Shown: positions 39,049 to 52,332 of the stretch, in pieces | Numbering within the stretch: the first letter of the stretch is position 1 | How the letters are laid out: each line of letters opens with the position of its first letter | DNA from: Eledone cirrhosa | Taxonomy: Eukaryota | Assembly (NCBI GenBank): GCA_964016885.1 | Contig: OZ024743.1 | Coordinates: 290,966,001-291,030,000 of the forward strand | Direction: 5' to 3' | DNA length: 64,000 nt | Program-made: the position numbers and the translations under genes | The notes under the pieces: model-generated | Told to the model about the DNA's origin: nothing | The model's input: the letters and a program-made list of their open reading frames with translations, nothing else | Database searches by the model: none

Positions 39049-42000
39049 ATAGGCGTCAGTCATCTTACCATCCCATTCCTTCTAACTAGCCTCTGTGTCA
39101 CGTGATTGATTCTTTAGAATCGGCCATTTGACTTGAAGCAGTGAGAATTTCGGTACATAGAATCCAGTCCTCGCCAGCCGTTCGATCTACCGAATTATTA
39201 TTATTTTTATATGAGCCGCCAGTGTCCGCGCATTGCCTGGAGACTTAACTGAGAATAGACTCCCTGATGACGCAATGAATTCTCGACAGTTGGATTACGT
39301 AACTGTCTTTATCCCATTGCAGAAACTAATTAGTTGGAGTGAAAATTTAAGTAAGTAAAACATTTTTTTAAATTTAAAAAAAAAAATATTTTCTTATTTT
39401 ACGTCTTTTATATTATTGTTCTGCATTCTCCTGCATTGAACCACCTAGGTACTATGACATAACCTGTGTATTTGCTAGCATGGGCGTGCATCTGTGCGCT
39501 TATGTTAGTTGATATATTAAATTATCTATATTTATCTCCAAATCACTGATTTGTCGAGCAAACTTGACAAAACCACTTCTAAAAAATTTTTTTTTGGGGG
39601 TGTTAGTGGGCGTCAGTCATCTTACCATCCCATTCCTTCTAACTAGCCTCTGTGTCACGTGATTGATTCTTTAGAATCGGCCATTTGACTTGAAGCAGTG
39701 AGAATTTCGGTACATAGAATCCAGTCCTCGCCAGCTGTTCGATCTACCGAATTATTATTATTTTTATATGAGCCGCCAGTGTCCGCGCATTGCCTGGAGA
39801 CTTAACTGAGAATAGACTCCCTGATGACGCAATGAATTCTCGACAGTTGGATTACGTAACTGTCTTTATCCCATTGCAGAAACTAATTAGTTGGAGTGAA
39901 AATTTAAGTAAGTAAAACATTTTTTTAAATTTTAAAAAAAAAATATTTTCTTATTTTACGTCTTTTATATTATTGTTCTGCATTCTCCTGCATTGAACCA
40001 CCTAGGTACTATGACATAACCTGTGTATTTGCTAGCATGGGCGTGCATCTGTGCGCTTATGTTAGTTGATATATTAAATTATCTATATTTATCTCCAAAT
40101 CACTGATTTGTCGAGCAAACTTGACAAAACCACTTCTAAAAAAATTTTTTTTGGGGGTGTTAGTGGGCGTCAGTCATCTTACCATCCCATTCCTTCTAAC
40201 TAGCCTCTGTGTCACGTGATTGATTCTTTAGAATCGGCCATTTGACTTGAAGCAGTGAGAATTTCGGTACATAGAATCCAGTCCTCGCCAGCTGTTCGAT
40301 CTACCGAATTATTATTATTTTTATATGAGCCGCCAGTGTCCGCGCATTGCCTGGAGACTTAACTGAGAATAGATTCCCTGATGACGCAATGAATTCTCGA
40401 CAGTTGGATTACGTAACTGTCTTTATCCCATTGCAGAAACTAATTAGTTGGAGTGAAAATTTAAGTAAGTAAGTAAAAAATTTTTAAAAAATTTTTTTAA
40501 AAAAATATTTTCTTTTTTTACGTCTTTTATATTATTGTTCTGAATTCTCCTGCATTGATCCACCTAGGTACTATGACATAACCTGTGTATTTGCTAGCAT
40601 GGGCGTGCATCTGTGCGCTTATGTTAGTTGATATATTAAATTATCTATATTTATCTCCAAATCACTGATTTGTCGAGCAAACTTGCCAAAACCACTTCTA
40701 AAAAAATTTTTTTTTTGGTGTGTTAATAGGCGTCAGTCATCTTACCATCCCATTCCTTCTAACTAGCCTCTGTGTCACGTGATTGATTCTTTAGAATCGG
40801 CCATTTGACTTGAAGCAGTGAGAATTTCGGTACATAGAATCCAGTCCTCGCCAGCTGTTCGATCTACCGAATTATTATTATTTTTATATGAGCCGCCAGT
40901 GTCCGCGCATTGCCTGGAGACTTAACTGAGAATAGACTCCCTGATGACGCAATGAATTCTCGACAGTTGGATTACGTAACTGTCTTTATCCCATTGCAGA
41001 AACTAATTAGTTGGAGTGAAAATTTAAGTAAGTAAGTAAAAAAATTTTTTTTAAAACTTTTTAAAAAAAATATTTTCTTATTTTACGTCTTTTATATTAT
41101 TGTTCTGTATTCTCCTGCATTGAACCACCTAGGTACTATGACATAACCTGTGTATTTGCTAGCATGGGCGTGCATCTGTGCGCTTATGTTAGTTGATATA
41201 TTAAATTATCTATATTTATCTCCAAATCACTGATTTGTCGAGCAAACTTGACAAAACCACTTCTAAAAAAATTTTTTTTGGGGGTGTTAGTGGGCGTCAG
41301 TCATCTTACCATCCCATTCCTTCTAACTAGCCTCTGTGTCACGTGATTGATTCTTTAGAATCGGCCATTTGACTTGAAGCAGTGAGAATTTCGGTACATA
41401 GAATCCAGTCCTCGCCAGCTGTTCGATCTACCGAATTATTATTATTTTTATATGAGCCGCCAGTGTCCGCGCATTGCCTGGAGACTTAACTGAGAATAGA
41501 TTCCCTGATGACGCAATGAATTCTCGACAGTTGGATTACGTAACTGTCTTTATCCCATTGCAGAAACTAATTAGTTGGAGTGAAAATTTAAGTAAGTAAG
41601 TAAAAAATTTAAAAAAAATTTTTTTAAAAAAATATTTTCTTTTTTTACGTCTTTTATATTATTGTTCTGAATTCTCCTGCATTGAACCACCTAGGTACTA
41701 TGACATAACCTGTGTATTTGCTAGCATGGGCGTGCATCTGTGCGCTTATGTTAGTTGATATATTAAATTATCTATATTTATCTCCAAATCACTGATTTGT
41801 CGAGCAAACTTGCCAAAACCACTTCTAAAAAAATTTTTTTTTTGGGGTGTTAATAGGCGTCAGTCATCTTACCATCCCATTCCTTCTAACTAGCCTCTGT
41901 GTCACGTGATTGATTCTTTAGAATCGGCCATTTGACTTGAAGCAGTGAGAATTTCGGTACATAGAATCCAGTCCTCGCCAGCTGTTCGATCTACCGAATT

Positions 42001-45000
42001 ATTATTATTTTTATATGAGCCGCCAGTGTCCGCGCATTGCCTGGAGACTTAACTGAGAATAGACTCCCTGATGACGCAATGAATTCACGACAGTTGGATT
42101 ACGTAACTGTCTTTATCCCATTGCAGAAACTAATTAGTTGGAGTGAAAATTTAAGTAAGTAAGTAAAAAAATTTTTTTTAAAACTTTTTAAAAAAAATAT
42201 TTTCTTATTTTACGTCTTTTATATTATTGTTCTGAATTCTCCTGCATTGAACCACCTAGGTACTATGACATAACCTGTGTATTTTCTAGCATGGGCGTGC
42301 ATCTGTGCGCTTATGTTAGTTGATATATTAAATTATCTATATTTATCTCCAAATCACTGATTTGTCGAGCAAACTTGCCAAAACCACTTCTAAAAAAATT
42401 TTTTTTTTGGTGTGTTAATAGGCGTCAGTCATCTTACCATCCCATTCCTTCTAACTAGCCTCTGTGTCACGTGATTGATTCTTTAGAATCGGCCATTTGA
42501 CTTGAAGCAGTGAGAATTTCGGTACATAGAATCCAGTCCTCGCCAGCTGTTCGATCTACCGAATTATTATTATTTTTATATGAGCCGCCAGTGTCCGCGC
42601 ATTGCCTGGAGACTTAACTGAGAATAGACTCCCTGATGACGCAATGAATTCTCGACAGTTGGATTACGTAACTGTCTTTATCCCATTGCAGAAACTAATT
42701 AGTTGGAGTGAAAATTTAAGTAAGTAGGTAAAAAAATTTTTTTTAAAACTTTTTAAAAAAAATATTTTCTTATTTTACGTCTTTTATATTATTGTTCTGT
42801 ATTCTCCTGCATTGAACCACCTAGGTACTATGACATAACCTGTGTATTTGCTAGCATGGGCGTGCATCTGTGCGCTTATGTTAGTTGATATATTAAATTG
42901 TCTATATTTATCTCCAAATCACTGATTTGTCGAGCAAACTTGCCAAAACCACTTCTAAAAAAATTTTTTTTGGGGGTGTTAGTAGGCGTCAGTCATCTTA
43001 CCATCCCATTCCTTCTAACTAGCCTCTGTGTCACGTGATTGATTCTTTAGAATCGGCCATTTGACTTGAAGCAGTGAGAATTTCGGTACATAGAATCCAG
43101 TCCTCGCCAGCCGTTCGATCTACCGAATTATTATTATTTTTATATGAGCCGCCAGTGTCCGCGCATTGCCTGGAGACTTAACTGAGAATAGACTCCCTGA
43201 TGACGCAATGAATTCTCGACAGTTGGAATACGTAACTGTCTTTATCCCATTGCAGAAACTAATTAGTTGGAGTGAAAATTTAAGTAAGTAAAACATTTTT
43301 TTAAATTTAAAAAAAAAAATATTTTCTTATTTTACGTCTTTTATATTATTGTTCTGCATTCTCCTGCATTGAACCACCTAGGTACTATGACATAACCTGT
43401 GTATTTGCTAGCATGGGCGTGCATCTGTGCGCTTATGTTAGTTGATATATTAAATTATCTATATTTATCTCCAAATCACTGATTTGTCGAGCAAACTTGA
43501 CAAAACCACTTCTAAAAAAATTTTTTTTGGGGGTGTTAGTGGGCGTCAGTCATCTTACCATCCCATTCCTTCTAACTAGCCTCTGTGTCACGTGATTGAT
43601 TCTTTAGAATCGGCCATTTGACTTGAAGCAGTGAGAATTTCGGTACATAGAATCCAGTCCTCGCCAGCTGTTCGATCTACCGAATTATTATTATTTTTAT
43701 ATGAGCCGCCAGTGTCCGCGCATTGCCTGGAGACTTAACTGAGAATAGACTCCCTGATGACGCAATGAATTCTCGACAGTTGGATTACGTAACTGTCTTT
43801 ATCCCATTGCAGAAACTAATTAGTTGGAGTGAAAATTTAAGTAAGTAAAACATTTTTTTAAATTTAAAAAAAAAAATATTTTCTTATTTTACGTCTTTTA
43901 TATTATTGTTCTGCATTCTCCTGCATTGAACCACCTAGGTACTATGACATAACCTGTGTATTTGCTAGCATGGGCGTGCATCTGTGCGCTTATGTTAGTT
44001 GATATATTAAATTATCTATATTTATCTCCAAATCACTGATTTGTCGAGCAAACTTGACAAAACCACTTCTAAAAAAATTTTTTTTGGGGGTGTTAGTGGG
44101 CGTCAGTCATCTTACCATCCCATTCCTTCTAACTAGCCTCTGTGTCACGTGATTGATTCTTTAGAATCGGCCATTTGACTTGAAGCAGTGAGAATTTCGG
44201 TACATAGAATTCAGTCCTCGCCAGCTGTTCGATCTACCGAATTATTATTATTTTTATATGAGCCGCCAGTGTCCGCGCATTGCCTGGAGACTTAACTGAG
44301 AATAGATTCCCTGATGACGCAATGAATTCTCGACAGTTGGATTACGTAACTGTCTTTATCCCATTGCAGAAACTAATTAGTTGGAGTGAAAATTTAAGTA
44401 AGTAAGTAAAAAATTTTTAAAAAATTTTTTTAAAAAAATATTTTCTTTTTTTACGTCTTTTATATTATTGTTCTGAATTCTCCTGCATTGAACCACCTAG
44501 GTACTATGACATAACCTGTGTATTTGCTAGCATGGGCGTGCATCTGTGCGCTTATGTTAGTTGATATATTAAATTATCTATATTTATCTCCAAATCACTG
44601 ATTTGTCGAGCAAACTTGCCAAAACCACTTCTAAAAAAATTTTTTTTTTGGGGTGTTAATAGGCGTCAGTCATCTTACCATCCCATTCCTTCTAACTAGC
44701 CTCTGTGTCACGTGATTGATTCTTTAGAATCGGCCATTTGACTTGAAGCAGTGAGAATTTCGGTACATAGAATCCAGTCCTCGCCAGCTGTTCGATCTAC
44801 CGAATTATTATTATTTTTATATGAGCCGCCAGTGTCCGCGCATTGCCTGGAGACTTAACTGAGAATAGACTCCCTGATGACGCAATGAATTCACGACAGT
44901 TGGATTACGTAACTGTCTTTATCCCATTGCAGAAACTAATTAGTTGGAGTGAAAATTTAAGTAAGTAAGTAAAAAAATTTTTTTTAAAACTTTTTAAAAA

Positions 45001-48000
45001 AAATATTTTCTTATTTTACGTCTTTTATATTATTGTTCTGAATTCTCCTGCATTGAACCACCTAGGTACTATGACATAACCTGTGTATTTTCTAGCATGG
45101 GCGTGCATCTGTGCGCTTATGTTAGTTGATATATTAAATTATCTATATTTATCTCCAAATCACTGATTTGTCGAGCAAACTTGCCAAAACCACTTCTAAA
45201 AAAATTTTTTTTTTGGTGTGTTAATAGGCGTCAGTCATCTTACCATCCCATTCCTTCTAACTAGCCTCTGTGTCACGTGATTGATTCTTTAGAATCGGCC
45301 ATTTGACTTGAAGCAGTGAGAATTTCGGTACATAGAATCCAGTCCTCGCCAGCTGTTCGATCTACCGAATTATTATTATTTTTATATGAGCCGCCAGTGT
45401 CCGCGCATTGCCTGGAGACTTAACTGAGAATAGACTCCCTGATGACGCAATGAATTCTCGACAGTTGGATTACGTAACTGTCTTTATCCCATTGCAGAAA
45501 CTAATTAGTTGGAGTGAAAATTTAAGTAAGTAAAACATTTTTTTAAATTTAAAAAAAAAAATATTTTCTTATTTTACGTCTTTTATATTATTGTTCTGCA
45601 TTCTCCTGCATTGAACCACCTAGGTACTATGACATAACCTGTGTATTTGCTAGCATGGGCGTGCATCTGTGCGCTTATGTTAGTTGATATATTAAATTAT
45701 CTATATTTATCTCCAAATCACTGATTTGTCGAGCAAACTTGACAAAACCACTTCTAAAAAAATTTTTTTTGGGGGTGTTAGTGGGCGTCAGTCATCTTAC
45801 CATCCCATTCCTTCTAACTAGCCTCTGTGTCACGTGATTGATTCTTTAGAATCGGCCATTTGACTTGAAGCAGTGAGAATTTCGGTACATAGAATCCAGT
45901 CCTCGCCAGCTGTTCGATCTACCGAATTATTATTATTTTTATATGAGCCGCCAGTGTCCGCGCATTGCCTGGAGACTTAACTGAGAATAGATTCCCTGAT
46001 GACGCAATGAATTCTCGACAGTTGGATTACGTAACTGTCTTTATCCCATTGCAGAAACTAATTAGTTGGAGTGAAAATTTAAGTAAGTAAGTAAAAAAAT
46101 TTTTAAACATTTTTTTAAAAAAATATTTTCTTTTTTTACGTCTTTTATATTATTGTTCTGAATTCTCCTGCATTGAACCACCTAGGTACTATGACATAAC
46201 CTGTGTATTTGCTAGCATGGGCGTGCATCTGTGCGCTTATGTTAGTTGATATATTAAATTATCTATATTTATCTCCAAATCACTGATTTGTCGAGCAAAC
46301 TTGCCAAAACCACTTCTAAAAAAATTTTTTTTTTGGGGTGTTAATAGGCGTCAGTCATCTTACCATCCCATTCCTTCTAACTAGCCTCTGTGTCACGTGA
46401 TTGATTCTTTAGAATCGGCCATTTGACTTGAAGCAGTGAGAATTTCGGTACATAGAATCCAGTCCTCGCCAGCTGTTCGATCTACCGAATTATTATTATT
46501 TTTATATGAGCCGCCAGTGTCCGCGCATTGCCTGGAGACTTAACTGAGAATAGACTCCCTGATGACGCAATGAATTCACGACAGTTGGATTACGTAACTG
46601 TCTTTATCCCATTGCAGAAACTAATTAGTTGGAGTGAAAATTTAAGTAAGTAAGTAAAAAAATTTTTTTTAAAACTTTTTAAAAAAAATATTTTCTTATT
46701 TTACGTCTTTTATATTATTGTTCTGAATTCTCCTGCATTGAACCACCTAGGTACTATGACATAACCTGTGTATTTTCTAGTATGGGCGTGCATCTGTGCG
46801 CTTATGTTAGTTGATATATTAAATTATCTATATTTATCTCCAAATCACTGATTTGTCGAGCAAACTTGCCAAAACCACTTCTAAAAAAATTTTTTTTTTG
46901 GTGTGTTAATAGGCGTCAGTCATCTTACCATCCCATTCCTTCTAACTAGCCTCTGTGTCACGTGATTGATTCTTTAGAATCGGCCATTTGACTTGAAGCA
47001 GTGAGAATTTCGGTACATAGAATCCAGTCCTCGCCAGCTGTTCGATCTACCGAATTATTATTATTTTTATATGAGCCGCCAGTGTCCGCGCATTGCCTGG
47101 AGACTTAACTGAGAATAGACTCCCTGATGACGCAATGAATTCTCGACAGTTGGATTACGTAACTGTCTTTATCCCATTGCAGAAACTAATTAGTTGGAGG
47201 GAAAATTTAAGTAAGTAAAAAAATTTTTTTTTAAACTTTTTAAAAAAAATATTTTCTTATTTTACGTCTTTTATATTATTGTTCTGTATTCTCCTGCATT
47301 GAACCACCTAGGTACTATGACATAACCTGTGTATTTGCTAGCATGGGCGTGCATCTGTGCGCTTATGTTAGTTGATATATTAAATTGTCTATATTTATCT
47401 CCAAATCACTGATTTGTCGAGCAAACTTGCCAAAACCACTTCTAAAAAAATTTTTTTTGGGGGTGTTAGTAGGCGTCAGTCATCTTACCATCCCATTCCT
47501 TCTAACTAGCCTCTGTGTCACGTGATTGATTCTTTAGAATCGGCCATTTGACTTGAAGCAGTGAGAATTTCGGTACATAGAATCCAGTCCTCGCCAGCCG
47601 TTCGATCTACCGAATTATTATTATTTTTATATGAGCCGCCAGTGTCCGCGCATTGCCTGGAGACTTAACTGAGAATAGACTCCCTGATGACGCAATGAAT
47701 TCTCGACAGTTGGATTACGTAACTGTCTTTATCCCATTGCAGAAACTAATTAGTTGGAGTTAAAATTTAAGTAAGTAAGTAAAAAAATTTTTTTTAAAAC
47801 TTTTTAAAAAAAATATTTTCTTATTTTACGTCTTTTATATTATTGTTCTGAATTCTCCTGCATTGAACCACCTAGGTACTATGACATAACCTGTGTATTT
47901 TCTAGCATGGGCGTGCATCTGTGCGCTTATGTTAGTTGATATATTAAATTATCTATATTTATCTCCAAATCACTGATTTGTCGAGCAAACTTGCCAAAAC

Positions 48001-50201
48001 CACTTCTAAAAAAAATTTTTTTTTGGTGTGTTAATAGGCGTCAGTCATCTTACCATCCCATTCCTTCTAACTAGCCTCTGTGTCACGTGATTGATTCTTT
48101 AGAATCGGCCATTTGACTTGAAGCAGTGAGAATTTCGGTACATAGAATCCAGTCCTCGCCAGCTGTTCGATCTACCGAATTATTATTATTTTTATATGTG
48201 CCGCCAGTGTCCGCGCATTGCCTGGAGACTTAACTGAGAATAGACTCCCTGATGACGCAATGAATTCTCGACAGTTGGATTACGTAACTGTCTTTATCCC
48301 ATTGCAGAAACTAATTAGTTGGAGTGAAAATTTAAGTAAGTAAAACATTTTTTTAAATTTAAAAAAAAAAATATTTTCTTATTTTACGTCTTTTATATTA
48401 TTGTTCTGCATTCTCCTGCATTGAACCACCTAGGTACTATGACATAACCTGTGTATTTGCTAGCATGGGCGTGCATCTGTGCGCTTATGTTAGTTGATAT
48501 ATTAAATTATCTATATTTATCTCCAAATCACTGATTTGTCGAGCAAACTTGACAAAACCACTTCTAAAAAAATTTTTTTTGGGGGTGTTAGTGGGCGTCA
48601 GTCATCTTACCATCCCATTCCTTCTAACTAGCCTCTGTGTCACGTGATTGATTCTTTAGAATCGGCCATTTGACTTGAAGCAGTGAGAATTTCGGTACAT
48701 AGAATCCAGTCCTCGCCAGCTGTTCGATCTACCGAATTATTATTATTTTTATATGAGCCGCCAGTGTCCGCGCCTTGCCTGGAGACTTAACTGAGAATAG
48801 ACTCCCTGATGACGCAATGAATTCTCGACAGTTGGATTACGTAACTGTCTTTATCCCATTGCAGAAACTAATTAGTTGGAGTGAAAATTTAAGTAAGTAA
48901 GTAAAAAATTTTTTAAACATTTTTTTTAAAAAATATTTTCTTTTTTTACGTCTTTTATATTATTGTTCTGAATTCTCCTGCATTGAACCACCTAGGTACT
49001 ATGACATAACCTGTGTATTTGCTAGCATGGGCGTGCATCTGTGCGCTTATGTTAGTTGATATATTAAATTATCTATATTTATCTCCAAATCACTGATTTG
49101 TCGAGCAAACTTGCCAAAACCACTTCTAAAAAAATTTTTTTTTTGGGGTGTTAATAGGCGTCAGTCATCTTACCATCCCATTCCTTCTAACTAGCCTCTG
49201 TGTCACGTGATTGATTCTTTAGAATCGGCCATTTGACTTGAAGCAGTGAGAATTTCGGTACATAGAATCCAGTCCTCGCCAGCTGTTCGATCTACCGAAT
49301 TATTATTATTTTTATATGAGCCGCCAGTGTCCGCGCATTGCCTGGAGACTTAACTGAGAATAGACTCCCTGATGACGCAATGAATTCACGACAGTTGGAT
49401 TACGTAACTGTCTTTATCCCATTGCAGAAACTAATTAGTTGGAGTGAAAATTTAAGTAAGTAAGTAAAAAAATTTTTTTTAAAACTTTTTAAAAAAAATA
49501 TTTTCTTATTTTACGTCTTTTATATTATTGTTCTGTATTCTCCTGCATTGAACCACCTAGGTACTATGACATAACCTGTGTATTTGCTAGCATGGGCGTG
49601 CATCTGTGCGCTTATGTTAGTTGATATATTAAATTGTCTATATTTATCTCCAAATCACTGATTTGTCGAGCAAACTTGCCAAAACCACTTCTAAAAAAAT
49701 TTTTTTGGGGGGTGTTAGTAGGCGTCAGTCATCTTACCATCCCATTCCTTCTAACTAGCCTCTGTGTCACGTGATTGATTCTTTAGAATCGGCCATTTGA
49801 CTTGAAGCAGTGAGAATTTCGGTACATAGAATCCAGTCCTCGCCAGCTGTTCGATCTACCGAATTATTATTATTTTTATATGAGCCGCCAGTGTCCGCGC
49901 ATTGCCTGGAGACTTAACTGAGAATAGATTCCCTGATGACGCAATGAATTCTCGACAGTTGGATTACGTAACTGTCTTTATCCCATTGCAGAAACTAATT
50001 AGTTGGAGTGAAAATTTAAGTAAGTAAGTAAAAAATGTTTAAAAAATTTTTTTTTTTAAATATTTTCTTTTTTTACGTCTTTTATATTATTGTTCTGTAT
50101 TCTCCTGCATTGAACCACCTATGCACTATGACATAACCTGTGTATTTGCTAGCATGGGCGTGCATCTGTGCGCTTATGTTAGTTGATATATTAAATTATC
50201 T
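39049..50201 (+). repeat. Tandem array of ~20 x ~560 bp non-coding monomers, each containing a type I hammerhead (retrozyme-like)
   Basis: CTGATGACGCAATG recurs at ~39264, 39821, 40378, 40941, 41505, 42068, 42633, 43197, 43754, 44311, 44874, 45439, 45996, 46559, 47124, 47684, 48249, 48806, 49369 and 49933. No ORF of 60 aa or more. The array ends in a TA run. Confidence 0.97.
39259..39340 (+). ncRNA. Type I hammerhead ribozyme motif of the array monomer (first + strand copy)
   Basis: ACTCC-CTGATGA-C-GCAATG..GACAGTT/AACTGTC..CATTGC-A-GAAA-CTAATTAG-TT-GGAGT. Predicted cleavage is after GUU at 39335/39336. Confidence 0.8.
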
Positions 50202-51747
50202 CTATATATATATATTTATATATTTACGCAGTTACGCAACACCTTACTGGCAGTGCACTTTTTCGTGCACTACTTCTGTACTCCTCTTGTGTTGTCGGGT
50301 TATGCAATAGATCACAGCCCGCTCTGCTGGTCTGATGCATGTAAAACTGTAATAAAACAAAGAATAGACAAAGAAATGTACTTATGTCTTTCTACGAAAG
50401 GAGATAAATACTTGAACAATTACAACTAGAATTAAATTGAGAAAAGGTTGAGTGTGTGTGAGTGTGTGGAAGGGTGTTAAAGTGTGTTTCTTTTTCTGTT
50501 TGTGTATGTGTGTGTGTTTCTATGTGATTTTATATGTATCTGCCTATGACTATCTAGGTACACCTGATAAGTCGAAGTGTTAAACATAACTTGAAATAGT
50601 ACACACAATGATCAATATAATTTCAATGGCTTTAGTGCTGTAACTGCGACAGTGAACATTACAGTAAATTAGTTTCCAGGATATTTCTCATAATTGAAAA
50701 TCACAAGATGAAATAGAAATTGTGGATCATATTGAAAATCGATAAATGAAGGTAACAATATTACCTATAAGGTTTCAGATGCTTTGTGTCATTTCTTATG
50801 TAATATAAGATATATATGACTAGGTTGTGTTTAATTTCGACCTACCTTACCTGCTACTGCTGTTTCGTAACGTAGGGATTGTAGAAGCCATTCCTGATGT
50901 CAAGCCCTTTGCCAGTCATATACATATCTCTAATCGAACATATTTTAAGGAAAATCACTTCGTAATTTAAACACTATAGAATGATAAGAATTAAGTTCAA
51001 ACCTTATGGTATTATCACTTAAGTTAATAAGTTATATACTCCTTCTTTTCTTTCTTTTTCTGTTCTTTGTCATATTGAAGTTATTAATATTTACTGAACA
51101 CTAGGTTCGGTTTAACGTATTCTACTATCGAAAAAAAACCAACAATTAATTGATGTTGAAGGTGTTTACGATATATGGATATATGGTTTAATGTGAAATA
51201 AATATTATCCGATAAAAAAACACAATAGAATTGCATTTCATTGTATTTATTTATTAAAGGACTGGTTAGATTTGTGAGTTTAATGCTCATCATATTTTAC
51301 AGCTGAATATATTAGTTCGCGTCGCAGTTTACTGCCTCTACTTACAACACGCAGGGAAACGTTATATTAATGTGTAGCATGTTACACACAAAACATTATC
51401 AATTAAAATAACAATTAAAATAGATTTTTTATGGCCATTCTCTTTGATAGAGTTAAATAGACAATAATTTAGGGTAACATATTACAGTTATGTATAAATT
51501 TCGCATAGATGACTGTTTTTATAGGACACAGTCATGGCTGGGTGAAGAAGACGTTTCGTTCTCAAATCATAAAGCCTGCAATTATACCGATAATTAATAG
51601 CTCCCTCGTTGTCATATATGTTTACGCGCTGATTGTGTTAATTCACGTGGTAGATATTCTCATGAGCTCGAAACATTGAATTCTCAAAACTGAAACCGAT
51701 GGAGGAATTGTTATCATAGTTATGAGGTAAATTCTGATGAATATAAT

Positions 51748-51932
51748 TGTTTCTACTTTAGGCACAAGGCCAGCAATTACCCAGTACATTACTGATACTT
51801 TATTTTATCGAACCTGTAAGGATGAAAGGCAAAGTTAACCTCGGCGGGATTTGAACTCAGACTGTAAATGGACGTAACTATGCTAGAAAGCATGGCGTCC
51901 AACCCTCAACTGATGCTGGCAATTCACCGCCC
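51748..51932 (-). mobile_element. Full-length SINE family 1 with 16 bp target-site duplication
   Basis: TTCTGATGAATATAAT occurs at 51732-51747 and 51933-51948. Confidence 0.95.
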
Positions 51933-52268
51933 TTCTGATGAATATAATATGAGATATATATAAGCAAATATTGAACCTGTTCTAGAGTTTCAAACAGTGC
52001 CTTACAAAACTACTGAAATATACGGTCAGTATATTCTATTTAACAAACAAGACGAAAAGTAAAGACAAGCTGTTCGCAACTATTGACAAAACATTTAAAT
52101 TACCATAATCCTATGTCTATATTTTATGGTGGCTATTCATCATTTATTTACATCTATATATCTGCTGACAGTTGCCCTATTTTCTTTCACGCTCTACATA
52201 TAATTGTTTAGTTGTGTTTAGTTTCGAACTATATATATATATAGATATAGAAACACACAAACACATAT

Positions 52269-52332
<64 letters not shown>

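Noticed and set aside
39049-50201. CRISPR array or rDNA/5S/snRNA tandem cluster
   Set aside because: There are no unique spacers and no cas genes. Whole 560 bp units repeat, and I recognise no rRNA, 5S, tRNA or snRNA sequence in the monomer.
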